Origin: a bacterium
GTDB lineage: Bacteria; JAMOTN01
Assembly: GCA_027062325.1 (NCBI GenBank)
Contig: JAMOTN010000026.1
Span: forward strand, 1 to 45,161
Reading direction: 5' to 3'
DNA: 45,161 bases
In this document: in pieces, positions 1-9,549 of the stretch
Layout of the letters: each line of letters opens with the position of its first letter
How positions within the stretch are numbered: position 1 is the stretch's first letter
Translations under genes and position numbers: made by a program
The notes under the pieces: model-generated
Databases searched by the model: none
What the model saw: only the letters and a program-made list of their open reading frames with translations
What the model was told of the DNA's origin: nothing

Positions 1-97
1 ATGTAGTTATTCGAAGCTTAAAAGAGTGGCTAGGCGCAGGTACATGAATTAATAGGTTAAATTTTAAAAGGTATTTTGTAAAAGGGAGGTTGATCTA

Positions 98-436
98 ATG
101 CCGGAGTGCATATTCTGCAAAATAGCAGCAGGAGAGATAAAAGCTGATGTTGTTTATGAGGATGATTATGTATTGGCTTTTAAAGACATAAATCCCCAGG
201 CGCCAATTCATGTGTTGATAATACCTAAAAAACATATAGAGAGAGCAGATGATATACCTGTGGAGGAGTTGGATGTACTTAAAAAGATGTTTGCAGCAGT
301 TCCAAAGGTAAAGGAGAAACTGGATGTTGATGATGTGCGTTTAGTTTTCAATTGTGGTCCGAAGGCTGGTCAAACGGTTTACCACATGCATCTACATATA
401 TTAGGTGGAAGGGTATTTGGTTGGCCTCCGGGATAA
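98..436 (+). CDS. hinT: HIT family nucleotide-binding protein (HinT/PKCI)
   Basis: CIFCKI N-terminus, DINPQAPIHVLIIPKKH, histidine triad HMHLH, C-terminal GWPPG; SD GGGAGG upstream. Confidence 0.95.
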   Translation: MPECIFCKIAAGEIKADVVYEDDYVLAFKDINPQAPIHVLIIPKKHIERADDIPVEELDVLKKMFAAVPKVKEKLDVDDVRLVFNCGPKAGQTVYHMHLHILGGRVFGWPPG

Positions 437-537
437 GGTTGAGGTGTGGGTGTTATTGGCTTTGTTGATTGTTGGTTAGAATAGATGTTGTGTCAAAATA
501 TGCATTTAAAGATGTGAGTGGGGTTATATAGGAGAAA

Positions 538-999
538 ATGGTTGGTGTGGAAAAACTTTATGCTTCTTTGAGGTGTCCATTTGGCAAGAGGCAAATTTTA
601 GAAGCAGAAAGGAAAGTTAAATTTGGAGTAACGGTTTGGTGGTTGGTGTGTCCTAGGCTTAAAAAGGCTGCCTCCTATCTGGAGGCGGCTTCTTTTTTGA
701 AGAAAATTGAGGGAGATTTAAAAGGTAATGGATTATGGTATGAGGTGCAGTATGAGGACTTTTTGTATGCGCGTCAAAGACACTTGCTTTTTGCGGGAAG
801 ACTTCCAGCGTATGGAGACAATTGGCTTTATGGTGGGGTTGGAGGGAGAACTGGAGGAGTAAAATGTTTACATGCTGAGTTGGCATTTTTTTTAGCAACT
901 GGCAATAGTGTGATTATAAGTTTAGAAACTGTGGCAGATTCTATTAGTGAGGCTTTTGAAAAGTTTAAAAATGTTTGTCAAAGGTGTGAAATTCACTGA
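538..999 (+). CDS. DUF501 family protein
   Basis: RCPFG, WWLVCPRL, SYLEA, GVGG and VKCLHA motifs typical of DUF501; TGATG overlap with next gene. Confidence 0.8.
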   Translation: MVGVEKLYASLRCPFGKRQILEAERKVKFGVTVWWLVCPRLKKAASYLEAASFLKKIEGDLKGNGLWYEVQYEDFLYARQRHLLFAGRLPAYGDNWLYGGVGGRTGGVKCLHAELAFFLATGNSVIISLETVADSISEAFEKFKNVCQRCEIH

Positions 1000-2543
1000 T
1001 GAATAAGAGTTTATGGAGAGCTTATTTTGTATACGCAGTTGTTTTAGTTGCAGTTTTAATGCTTAGAATGATGCCGTTGTTTGTGTTTGCTTCAGTGTTG
1101 GGAGTGATATATTTTTCGACGGAGAGACAGGGAATACTTGCAGCTATAATTGCTTCCGCTGTGGCTTTCTTTTCAACAATGAGCGGTATGACAGGTGGAG
1201 TAAATCTGACTTTGTGGTATTACAGCTTTGTTTTGTTAGTTGGTATAGCTTTGGATCGATTTTTTTACGATAAGATGAGTAGAATGCTTTATGAATGTGA
1301 AAGAGAGTTAAGTGAGTTCAAGAAAAGAGCAGGGAGTGTTGTTTTAAAGAAGGTCAATACTACGATTGAAGATTTGGTTAGGAAGATAGATTCGTTGAAA
1401 AAAGATTTAAAGATTGAAAAGCTCACACGTGCTACTGTTGTAACCTATGTGGTGAGGTTGGCAGAGTCCAAAACAGTTGAAGAGGCATTTGAAGTTTTGA
1501 AAAAATTGGCTTTTTTGTTTGATGTAGAGGTAAAAGGTTTTGTTTGGAGAATTGTTATAGGATCTGAAAGAACTGAGGGCAGTGTTGGAGAGATTAGTGC
1601 AGGAGAGCTATGGAGCAGAAAGGATAAGGATGTCTCTGGTGATAGGATGATTGAAAGGGAAATAAAGATATTCTATGTTAAGAAAGGCGGAGGTGTAGAG
1701 AAGGCGGGAGTTGTTGGGAGTTCTAGGGTTGATGGGGTGAAGTTGAGAAAAAAAGATGGCTTTGATAAGTCTGTTATTTCAAACTTGTTTACTGTTGTAA
1801 GTTTTCAAATTTGGAAAGTATTGGAAACTCTTCAGGCTAAGAAAAAGATAAAGAAGCTAGAAGTTGTATCTAAGAGACAGCTTGAGTTGAGAAAAAAGTT
1901 GGAAACTATGTTTGCAAGCTACTTATCTCCCCAACTTATGGAAAAGGTTTTTAAAGAGGGATTGAGACTTGGGGGCGAGAAGAGAGAAGTTACAGTTATG
2001 TTTACTGATGTTAGAGGTTTTACTAAGTTGTCTGAGGCTTTGGATCCAACAGATGTTGTGGCAATTTTAAATTCTTACTTTCGAATAACGAGCGAGGCGA
2101 TAATTTCTTCTGATGGTTACCTTGATAAGTACATTGGGGATGCTGTTATGGGAGTGTTTGGTGCGCCTGTTGAAAGTGCGACTCATGCGAGAGATGCTTT
2201 TATAGCGGCAGTTAAGCTTTTAAAAAGTTTGAAAAAGCTGGCTATTCAAGTGAAAAATAAGTATGGAGTAGAGTTTGGTGTAGGAGTTGGAATAAACACG
2301 GGGATTGCGGTAGTAGGAAATATTGGATCTGAGAGAAAAATGGAGTACACGTGTATAGGGGATGCTGTAAATGTTGCTTCGCGTCTTCAGGGATTAGCTG
2401 GTGCTTTTGAAATTGTAATAAGTAGAGAAACTTATGAAAAACTGGGAGTTTTGCGTCAGAAGTACAATTTTTTGGCTGTTGGGAGTGTGAAAGTTAAGGG
2501 AAGAGATAAACCTGTTGAGATATACAGGTTGAAAATTGATTGA
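999..2543 (+). CDS. Membrane-anchored class III adenylate cyclase
   Basis: N-terminal TM helices, coiled-coil linker, cyclase motifs VMFTDVRGFT, DKYIGDAVM, GINTG..VVGNIGS, EYTCIGDAVNVASRL; Lys/Thr specificity pair indicates ATP substrate (class IIIb). Confidence 0.92.
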   Translation: MNKSLWRAYFVYAVVLVAVLMLRMMPLFVFASVLGVIYFSTERQGILAAIIASAVAFFSTMSGMTGGVNLTLWYYSFVLLVGIALDRFFYDKMSRMLYECERELSEFKKRAGSVVLKKVNTTIEDLVRKIDSLKKDLKIEKLTRATVVTYVVRLAESKTVEEAFEVLKKLAFLFDVEVKGFVWRIVIGSERTEGSVGEISAGELWSRKDKDVSGDRMIEREIKIFYVKKGGGVEKAGVVGSSRVDGVKLRKKDGFDKSVISNLFTVVSFQIWKVLETLQAKKKIKKLEVVSKRQLELRKKLETMFASYLSPQLMEKVFKEGLRLGGEKREVTVMFTDVRGFTKLSEALDPTDVVAILNSYFRITSEAIISSDGYLDKYIGDAVMGVFGAPVESATHARDAFIAAVKLLKSLKKLAIQVKNKYGVEFGVGVGINTGIAVVGNIGSERKMEYTCIGDAVNVASRLQGLAGAFEIVISRETYEKLGVLRQKYNFLAVGSVKVKGRDKPVEIYRLKID

Positions 2544-2555
2544 AAACTGTCGAAG

Positions 2556-3530
2556 GTGGAATTTATGAAATTGATGCTTCATTTTGTGATGGCACTTTCA
2601 TTTTTATTTCTCGGATACTTTGTTAGGAAGTATGTATTTATGTGGGAGAGCAAAGCAGATATTGATCCTGAACGAATTTTTTCAAATAAAATAAATTTTA
2701 CTATAAGAAGTATGTTTTTGGAGAATTTTTCTAAATTTGTGAGTTCCTTGATGACTTTTGATAAATTCGGAGCGAACTTTTTTAATGGGGATGAGGTTCA
2801 TTTTGATTACCATAGAGTTACTTTAAAAGATGTTTTTAGGAAGGCGGTTTTGGCTTCTAGAAAAAGAGTAATATGGAATGATTGGATATTGTTTGGTTTT
2901 GAGGATAAAGTTGTAGTTGCTTTTAAAGATAGAAGTTACAATCTGTTTAGGGGAGATGATTGGGCAGTTACTTATAATAAGCTTTACATTATGAAGATGA
3001 GTACTGAAGGTTCTGGAGTTGTTGAAGTGTATAATAATGGCTTTGTGAAAGTAAACGTAATTCCATTTGTCAAAGTGAAGAAGCCGAGGTTGTTTTCGAA
3101 TTCCCAGAAAGTTTTTGTAGTTGGAGATAATAAAGTATTTGATGTAGTAGCGGGAAGTTATTATAACTTACCAAAAATTGGGGAGTTTTGGGCAGGTAAT
3201 GCGATTTATTTATTAAAAAGTGGGAGGGAGTACTACTATTCTTACAATGGAAGTAAATGGCGAAAGATTGAGGGAAAGTTGTCAGAATACAGAATATTTT
3301 TGACGTCTGAAAATTTGTGGTTCGGATTGAAGGAAAGAGTTCTATACTTTTTTGAAGGGAAAAAGAGTAAAAAAGTGGTTGAAGGTGTAAGGTACTTGGA
3401 TAATCTATTTGGAATTTTGATCTTTAGGGGAGACGATAGGAGTTACTATACTCTTTCGCCGGATGGAGTTTTAAGAAAGGCTGCAAAGATTGGTATCATA
3501 GACTTAAAAGGGAACATTTACAGATTGTAA
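2556..3530 (+). CDS. Hypothetical protein, N-terminal TM helix plus aromatic beta-rich domain
   Basis: 324-aa ORF in operon context with host-like composition; start may be ATG 2565. Confidence 0.75.
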   Translation: MEFMKLMLHFVMALSFLFLGYFVRKYVFMWESKADIDPERIFSNKINFTIRSMFLENFSKFVSSLMTFDKFGANFFNGDEVHFDYHRVTLKDVFRKAVLASRKRVIWNDWILFGFEDKVVVAFKDRSYNLFRGDDWAVTYNKLYIMKMSTEGSGVVEVYNNGFVKVNVIPFVKVKKPRLFSNSQKVFVVGDNKVFDVVAGSYYNLPKIGEFWAGNAIYLLKSGREYYYSYNGSKWRKIEGKLSEYRIFLTSENLWFGLKERVLYFFEGKKSKKVVEGVRYLDNLFGILIFRGDDRSYYTLSPDGVLRKAAKIGIIDLKGNIYRL

Positions 3531-3537
3531 GAGGTGA

Positions 3538-3783
3538 ATGGGTGTGAGCGAAAATTTCGATTTTACTGCTAAGTTGGAAAGGCTACGTGAAATTGCTGAT
3601 AAGATAAGTGCTGCTGATATTGCCGTTGAGGAGATGATGCAGCTGGCAGAAGAAGGCCTAAAGCTTTACAAGGAGTGCAAGGTTTATTTGGAGAGGTATC
3701 AGCATAAGTTGAAGATAATAATAGAGGAAGCAGAGAACGTTGCGGAAGTTGAGGCTAATATAGAAGAATTTGTTAAGGAGTAG
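3538..3783 (+). CDS. xseB: Exodeoxyribonuclease VII small subunit
   Basis: F..KLERL.EI..KI......VEEM..L.EEG.KL...C...L pattern; directly upstream of ispA. Confidence 0.88.
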   Translation: MGVSENFDFTAKLERLREIADKISAADIAVEEMMQLAEEGLKLYKECKVYLERYQHKLKIIIEEAENVAEVEANIEEFVKE

Positions 3784-3786
3784 GGA

Positions 3787-4641
3787 GTGGTGTTTGTGTT
3801 CAGTAAAAAACTTGAGGGTTATAGAGAAGAGATAGAGAATTTTATGAGGGGGTATCTTGAAAGCTTAGACATAGGAGACGACTTGAAAGAGACTATTTCA
3901 TACGCTGTATTTAGTGGAGGGAAACGTTTTAGGCCAGCCATAATTCTGCATATTGGAGCGTCTTTACAGGTACCAAGAAATAAATTGCTATGGCCTGCAG
4001 CAGGAGTTGAGTTTATCCACTCTTATTCCTTAGTTCATGATGATCTGCCTGCATTGGATAACGATGCAGAGCGCCGAGGAAAGCCTACACTTCACGTAAA
4101 GTTTGGAGAAGATATGGCGGTTTTAGCAGGTGATGCTCTTGCACTTTTGGCGCCTCAAATAGTCTTAGAATCGCATTTTTTAACAGAGAAAGAAAAGGTA
4201 AGAATTGCTCTTGAATTGACAAGACGTGGCGGTGCAGAAGGGATAGTTGAGGGACAAATTGCTGATATTAGACCAAAGGAGAGGACCAAAGAGTGGGTTG
4301 AGTACGTGTTTAGTAAGAAAACGGCTCCTCTATTTGAGTTTTGCATGTGGGTTTGTGGATATTTGGCTGGGAAGTTTGAGGCAGAACTTTTGAGATTTGG
4401 GAAACTTTTGGGATTGGCTTTTCAAGCAAGGGATGATCTTTTAGATGCGGCGGAGGGAAAGGTTGATACAACTGGGATTAGTGTTGTAGATGTGTTGGGA
4501 AAGGATGAGACAGAGAGGCTTATAAATAATTGGGATAAAGAAGCTAACAAAATAGCTGAAAGGATAGAAAAAGCAGGGATGGAGAGATTGTCCCGTGATC
4601 TTATGGAGGTATTCAATTTTGCTGTTCACAGAAATGTTTAA
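3787..4641 (+). CDS. ispA: Farnesyl/geranylgeranyl diphosphate synthase
   Basis: GGKRFRP, EFIHSYSLVHDDLPALDND..RRGKPT (FARM), GQIAD, KT, FQARDDLLD (SARM). Confidence 0.93.
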   Translation: MVFVFSKKLEGYREEIENFMRGYLESLDIGDDLKETISYAVFSGGKRFRPAIILHIGASLQVPRNKLLWPAAGVEFIHSYSLVHDDLPALDNDAERRGKPTLHVKFGEDMAVLAGDALALLAPQIVLESHFLTEKEKVRIALELTRRGGAEGIVEGQIADIRPKERTKEWVEYVFSKKTAPLFEFCMWVCGYLAGKFEAELLRFGKLLGLAFQARDDLLDAAEGKVDTTGISVVDVLGKDETERLINNWDKEANKIAERIEKAGMERLSRDLMEVFNFAVHRNV

Positions 4642-5062
4642 AGCCTAGAAGCCATTTTTTGAAACGAATATAGTCTTCAGAATACGGTTTATCTTTTGTC
4701 CAGTAAAGGAGTGGGAAATAGCCCACTTCTATGTAATGATCGTAATAATTTTCGTGTTTTACATGAGATTTGAAGAAGAATTTTGCTCTCTGAGCAACAC
4801 CTTTTGATATTGAAAATAAGGAGCATGTAGCTAAATTTTGTGTTGTGATGAAAGGTGTTTTAAGAAGCCACCACATATTTGATAGCATGTAAGTTCCTGT
4901 TACGATAAGGAGGTTTTGACAATTGATGCCTTGAATATTTGAGAAACTTATAGCTCTACATTCAAGAACTTCTGCTGCAAAATTGGCAAACTTACGTGCA
5001 TTCCCTGTGAGAGATAGAAATATTACTACGTTTTCCTCATTAATTTTTGAGATTTGAGACAT
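4613..5062 (-). CDS. Flavodoxin-like protein (divergent)
   Basis: VIFLSLTGNARKFA resembles the flavodoxin FMN phosphate loop, followed by LLIVTGTY strand; ATG 5062 (or TTG 5074); overlaps ispA end by 29 nt. Confidence 0.6.
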   Translation of the reverse strand: MSQISKINEENVVIFLSLTGNARKFANFAAEVLECRAISFSNIQGINCQNLLIVTGTYMLSNMWWLLKTPFITTQNLATCSLFSISKGVAQRAKFFFKSHVKHENYYDHYIEVGYFPLLYWTKDKPYSEDYIRFKKWLLGFKHFCEQQN

Positions 5063-5088
5063 GGAAGCCCCCAATTTATTATTGTGAG

Positions 5089-5265
5089 TTAAAAGTTAAG
5101 GGTGTCAACTGCGTCTTTAACTCTGCTTACGAACTCTTCTGCGTTTATGAAATTACCATTGTGTTCAACTACAGGTTTTCCGTCTTTAAGTCTCAAAACA
5201 TAATTGTTGCTCCCCGAAATTCTATTCATCAACTGAACACTCTCATAAACTTTACTTATGGTCAT
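5089..5265 (-). CDS. Small hypothetical protein, 58 aa (MTISKVYESVQLMNRISGSNNYVLRLKDGKPVVEHNGNFINAEEFVSRVKDAVDTLNF); not in ORF track
   Basis: ATG at 5265 with strong SD AAGGAGGGGG 5 nt upstream; TAA at 5089; sigma70-like promoter upstream; fills an otherwise empty gap. Confidence 0.75.
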   Translation of the reverse strand: MTISKVYESVQLMNRISGSNNYVLRLKDGKPVVEHNGNFINAEEFVSRVKDAVDTLNF

Positions 5266-5308
5266 GTTAACCCCCTCCTTTTAACAATGGAGTGTTAGGT
5301 TGCCTTTT

Positions 5309-5337
5309 AATTTATCACGATAGAGATAAAAAGTCAA
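5309..5337 (-). promoter_or_regulatory. Sigma70-type promoter for the 58-aa gene and flavodoxin-like gene
   Basis: TTGACT-N17-TAAATT with extended -10 TGn; spacer carries TTTATC-N8-GATAAA inverted repeat. Confidence 0.6.
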
Positions 5338-5353
5338 GTTAGGGAGTGATTAT

Positions 5354-5386
5354 TTGACTGATTCCTAATGAGAGCTTTAATATAAT
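5354..5386 (+). promoter_or_regulatory. Putative sigma70-type promoter of ppdK
   Basis: TTGACT at 5354 followed by TTTAAT (16-nt spacer) and TATAAT at 5381. Confidence 0.45.
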
Positions 5387-5440
5387 AATGAAGTAGCCAT
5401 GTGGTGCAATATTGTAACCACGTATAAGGAGGCGAGGAAA

Positions 5441-8149
5441 ATGGCAAAGAAGAGGATCTACTTTTTTGGAGGTAAGGACAGAAAAGCAGATGGAAATGCT
5501 CAGATGAAGGATTTGTTAGGTGGTAAGGGAGCAAACCTTGCTGAGATGACAAACATTGGACTTCCTGTTCCTCCAGGATTTACCATCACGACAGAGGTAT
5601 GTAAAGAGTACTATGAATTTGGTGGAAAGTGGCCTGATGGTTTGGCTGATGAAGTAAAAGAAGCGGTTAAGAAGATTGAGGAATTGAGTGGAAAGAAGTT
5701 TGGAGATCCAAACAATCCGCTTCTTGTTTCTGTCAGAAGTGGGGCGAAGATCTCTATGCCTGGAATGATGGATACTATATTGAACCTGGGTATAAATGAT
5801 GAGATTGTTGAAGGACTTGCCAAGCTTACCAATAATGATCGCTTTGCATGGGATACCTATAGACGTTTTATCCAGATGTTTGGGGATGTTGTTATGAAGG
5901 TTCCTCATGAAAAGTTTGAGGAGATTATTCAAAAGCAGAAAGATAAGAAAGGTGTTAAGCAAGATGTTGAGCTTACAGCTGAGGATTGGAAAGAGGTTGT
6001 TGCTGAGTATAAAAAACTTATCAAGGAGGTTACAGGGCGAGAGTTTCCACAGGACCCTTGGGAACAGCTTGAGATGGCAATAAATGCAGTGTTTGAATCT
6101 TGGAATAACGAGCGTGCTAAGATTTACAGAAAACTTCATGGAATCCCTGATGATCTTGGAACAGCAGTCAACGTTGTTACCATGGTTTACGGAAACATGG
6201 GAGATGACTGTGGAACTGGAGTTGGATTTACTCGTAATCCTTCCACTGGAGAGAAAGAGTATTATGGTGAATATCTTCAGAATGCACAGGGTGAGGATGT
6301 TGTTGCTGGAATCAGAACCCCAAAGCCTGTTACAGAGTTGGCAAAAGATATTCCGCAGGCTTGGGAAGAGTTGAAAAAGGTTTACGAGATACTTGAGAAG
6401 CACTATCGTGATATGCAAGACTTTGAGTTCACAATTGAAAAGGGGCAGTTGTGGATGCTTCAAACTCGTACTGGAAAAAGAACTGCACAAGCAGCGGTAA
6501 AAATTGCTTACGATATGGTTCAAGAGGGCTTGATCACTAAGGAAGAGGCGGTAGAGAGAATCAGTCCAGAGCAGCTTAAGCAACTTCTTCATCCTCGTAT
6601 TGATCCAAATGAGAAGTACGAAGCAATTGCAAAGGGGCTTCCAGCAAGTCCAGGAGCGGCAGTTGGACGTGTTGTTTTCTCTGCAGATGATGCTGTTGAA
6701 TGGGTAGATCGTGGTGAAAAGGTTATATTGGTGCGTCCAGAGACTACCCCAGAGGATATTGCCGGAATGAATGCAGCTGAAGGTATCTTGACAAGCCGTG
6801 GTGGAATGACTAGCCACGCAGCAGTTGTTGCTCGCGGAATGGGTAAATGTTGTGTTGCAGGTTGCGAAGTTTTGAAGATAAATGAGGAAGAGAAGTATTT
6901 TACAGTTGAAGGAAAGGATGTAAAAGTGAAAGAGGGAGATTGGATCACTCTCAATGGATCTACAGGTGAAGTAATTCTTGGTGCATTGAAGACAATTCCG
7001 GGTGGACTTTCAAAAGAAGCTCAGGCAATTCTTTCTTGGGCAGACGAGATAAGGAAACTTGGAGTTCGTACCAATGCAGATACTCCAGAGGATGCTAGGA
7101 GAGCACGTGAGTTTGGGGCAGAGGGAATCGGACTTTGCCGTACAGAGCACATGTTCTTTGCAGAGGACAGGATTCCATGGGTTAGAAAGATGATTATGGC
7201 AAAGACTAAAGAAGAGAGAATGGAGGCTCTTGAAAAGCTTGAAATTATGCAGACAGAGGACTTCAAAGGTATATTCAAGGCTATGGAGGGATTGCCGGTT
7301 ACGGTACGTCTCCTTGATCCACCTCTTCATGAGTTCTTACCGCCAAGAGATGAGTTGCTTCGTGAGCTTACAGAGATGGAAGTTAAGGGACAGACAAATA
7401 CCCCTGAATATGAGGAGAAGAAAAAGATTTACGAGCGTGTAAACGAACTTTATGAGTTTAATCCGATGATGGGACACCGTGGGTGCCGCCTTGGTATTAC
7501 TCATCCAGAGATTTACGACATGCAGGTTCGTGCTATAATAAATGCTGCAATTGACCTTACCAAGCAGGGTGTGAAGGTATATCCGGAGATAATGATTCCT
7601 CTTGTGGGGCATGTGAATGAGTTAAAGTTCTTAGAAGAGCGTGTGAGAAAAATTGCAGATGAGCTTATAAGCAAGGCAGGAGTAGAGCTTCACTACCTTG
7701 TGGGTACTATGATTGAGATTCCACGTGCTGCAGTTACTGCTGATGAGATTGCGGAAGTTGCAGAGTTCTTCAGCTTTGGTACCAACGACTTGACTCAGAT
7801 GACGTTTGGGTTCTCCCGTGACGATGCTCAGGGTAAATTCTTGAACTATTATGTTGAAACAGGAATTCTTCCAGAGGATCCATTCCAGACTTTGGATCAA
7901 ACGGGTGTTGGAAAACTTGTTGAATTGGCTGCAAACTTGGGAAGAAAGACTCGCAGTAGTTTGAAACTTGGAATATGCGGTGAGCACGGTGGAGATCCTA
8001 AATCCATACACTTCTGCCACAAGATAGGTTTGAACTACGTATCATGTTCTCCATTCCGTGTACCTATAGCACGCCTTGCAGCAGCACAGGCTGTTTTGGC
8101 AGAGAAAAAAGAAGAGAGCAAAGAAAAGGTTCAGGAAGCAGGTAAGTAG
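5441..8149 (+). CDS. ppdK: Pyruvate, phosphate dikinase
   Basis: LLGGKGANLAEM, PLLVSVRSGA, phospho-His motif GGMTSHAAVVARG, GLCRTEHMFF, FSFGTNDLTQ, GICGEHGGDP; SD AGGAGG before ATG 5441. Confidence 0.98.
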   Translation: MAKKRIYFFGGKDRKADGNAQMKDLLGGKGANLAEMTNIGLPVPPGFTITTEVCKEYYEFGGKWPDGLADEVKEAVKKIEELSGKKFGDPNNPLLVSVRSGAKISMPGMMDTILNLGINDEIVEGLAKLTNNDRFAWDTYRRFIQMFGDVVMKVPHEKFEEIIQKQKDKKGVKQDVELTAEDWKEVVAEYKKLIKEVTGREFPQDPWEQLEMAINAVFESWNNERAKIYRKLHGIPDDLGTAVNVVTMVYGNMGDDCGTGVGFTRNPSTGEKEYYGEYLQNAQGEDVVAGIRTPKPVTELAKDIPQAWEELKKVYEILEKHYRDMQDFEFTIEKGQLWMLQTRTGKRTAQAAVKIAYDMVQEGLITKEEAVERISPEQLKQLLHPRIDPNEKYEAIAKGLPASPGAAVGRVVFSADDAVEWVDRGEKVILVRPETTPEDIAGMNAAEGILTSRGGMTSHAAVVARGMGKCCVAGCEVLKINEEEKYFTVEGKDVKVKEGDWITLNGSTGEVILGALKTIPGGLSKEAQAILSWADEIRKLGVRTNADTPEDARRAREFGAEGIGLCRTEHMFFAEDRIPWVRKMIMAKTKEERMEALEKLEIMQTEDFKGIFKAMEGLPVTVRLLDPPLHEFLPPRDELLRELTEMEVKGQTNTPEYEEKKKIYERVNELYEFNPMMGHRGCRLGITHPEIYDMQVRAIINAAIDLTKQGVKVYPEIMIPLVGHVNELKFLEERVRKIADELISKAGVELHYLVGTMIEIPRAAVTADEIAEVAEFFSFGTNDLTQMTFGFSRDDAQGKFLNYYVETGILPEDPFQTLDQTGVGKLVELAANLGRKTRSSLKLGICGEHGGDPKSIHFCHKIGLNYVSCSPFRVPIARLAAAQAVLAEKKEESKEKVQEAGK

Positions 8150-8179
8150 GTAAATTTTAAAATTGAGGCTTTGACTATA

Positions 8180-8226
8180 GGCGCCGGCTGCCCGCAATAT
8201 GCGAGGTAGTCGGCGCTTTTATCTTT
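8180..8226 (+). terminator. Intrinsic terminator after ppdK
   Basis: GC-rich hairpin GGCGCCGGCTGCC-CGCA-ATA-TGCG-A-GGTAGTCGGCGCT followed by TTTATCTTT. Confidence 0.85.
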
Positions 8227-8331
8227 GGCTGGTTTTGTTAAGATGATGAACTGGATTTACAGAGAAGATTGTTACAAATGGGGGGTATTGCAAGGCTGTT
8301 GAGATTGTGGTAAAAGCGAGGAGGGAAAAAT

Positions 8332-9543
8332 TTGAAAATAGCCAAGTATCTTGTATTATCCTTTGGCTTTGTCATATTTGTTGGAACTCTTCTTTTGATG
8401 TTGCCAGCATGTGGTGGTTTTGATTTTGCTGATGCTCTGTTTACCTCTACGAGTGCAGTTTGTGTGACGGGGTTAATTGTTAGGGATACGGCACAATTAC
8501 CGTTTTTAGGGCAGCTTGTGATTTTGGTGCTGATCCAGCTTGGTGGGTTGGGAATACTAACAACTAGTGGTTTTTTACTGGCAGCGCTGGGGGGGAAAAT
8601 TGGTGTTGATTTAAGGCTTGGAGCAGCTGATGAGTTGAATATGGGAAGTAAAGTTGCGACGCGTGGACTTTTAATGAACATAGTTGGTTTGACTTTTGTT
8701 ATAGAGTTGATAGGTTTTTTGTTGTTGTTAACTTTTGGCATGAAGCCGTGGGATGCTTTATTTCATAGCATCTCTGCATTTTGTAATGCAGGTTTTTCGA
8801 CTTTTTCCAGCAGTTTAGAAAAGGTAAGGGGAAGTATTGTTTATACTATTGCTTTCCTAATAGTGCTTGGAAGTATAGGTTTTCCTGTAATAATGGCGCT
8901 TTTTTCGCGGCGAAAGTTGAGTCTTCATGTAAAGCTTACAATTTTGGGAAGCTTTGCGTTATATTTTGTATCTTTCGCTATATTTGCAGCTTACCTGCCT
9001 TTAAAAGATGCAATATTTCAAGCAATTACTCCAAGAACAGCAGGTTTTGATACAATCCCTCAGGATGATTTACCTCCATTTGTAAGATTTATAACTATGT
9101 TGCTTATGTTTATAGGAGGAGCTTCTGCTTCTACTGCGGGAGGGCTGAAGGTGACGACTTTGATCGTGGCGTTGCTGTTTTTCTTCTCGTTTATACGCGG
9201 AAGGCAAGAGGTATTGATAATGGGAAGAAAAATTCCTGAGGAGACTGTCAAGAAAAGCTTGGCAATATTCTTTGTTTCTGCGAGTATAATAGCTGTGGCG
9301 ATAGGAGTTCTTGTGGGGATTGAAAACTTTGAATTTGAAGAGATTGTTTTTGAGGTTATCTCAGCTTTTGGGACTGTTGGGTTGAGTATGGGTATAACTA
9401 TGAATCTTAGTACTATATCAAAGTTTGTTTTGACATTAGTAATGTTCATAGGAAGAGTTGGACCGCTCACCGTATCATTGTTCTTTTTGAAAAGAGCCAA
9501 AGTTTTGTACTCATATCCTCAAGAGGATGTTATGGTGGGGTGA
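8332..9543 (+). CDS. ktrB: Ktr/Trk potassium uptake membrane subunit (KtrB/TrkH)
   Basis: ALFTSTSAVCVTGL, LIQLGGLG, SAFCNAGFS, PRTAGF, STAGGLKVTT, FEVISAFGTVGLS, MFIGRVG; TTG start with SD GAGGAGGG. Confidence 0.93.
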   Translation: MKIAKYLVLSFGFVIFVGTLLLMLPACGGFDFADALFTSTSAVCVTGLIVRDTAQLPFLGQLVILVLIQLGGLGILTTSGFLLAALGGKIGVDLRLGAADELNMGSKVATRGLLMNIVGLTFVIELIGFLLLLTFGMKPWDALFHSISAFCNAGFSTFSSSLEKVRGSIVYTIAFLIVLGSIGFPVIMALFSRRKLSLHVKLTILGSFALYFVSFAIFAAYLPLKDAIFQAITPRTAGFDTIPQDDLPPFVRFITMLLMFIGGASASTAGGLKVTTLIVALLFFFSFIRGRQEVLIMGRKIPEETVKKSLAIFFVSASIIAVAIGVLVGIENFEFEEIVFEVISAFGTVGLSMGITMNLSTISKFVLTLVMFIGRVGPLTVSLFFLKRAKVLYSYPQEDVMVG

Positions 9544-9549
9544 TGTTTT

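Noticed and set aside
1-47. Possible 3' end of an upstream CDS (VVIRSLKEWLGAGT*)
   Set aside because: Too short to support or identify
469-537. 20 open codons in frame upstream of the DUF501 gene, ending in TAG at 529 (possible premature stop)
   Set aside because: A run this short is expected by chance, and AGGAG next to ATG 538 can serve as SD; cannot be supported without homologue alignment
5047-5298. 83-aa + strand ORF
   Set aside because: No SD or motif; the opposite-strand 58-aa ORF has a strong SD and promoter
5516-6817. 433-aa antisense ORF inside ppdK, and many shorter antisense or alternate-frame ORFs across the window
   Set aside because: Shadow frames of conserved genes caused by codon bias; no motifs and atypical composition
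8227-8331. Possible c-di-AMP (ydaO) riboswitch upstream of ktrB
   Set aside because: Region is short and lacks recognisable ydaO structure; only a weak TTGCAA-N17-TAAAAG promoter-like match
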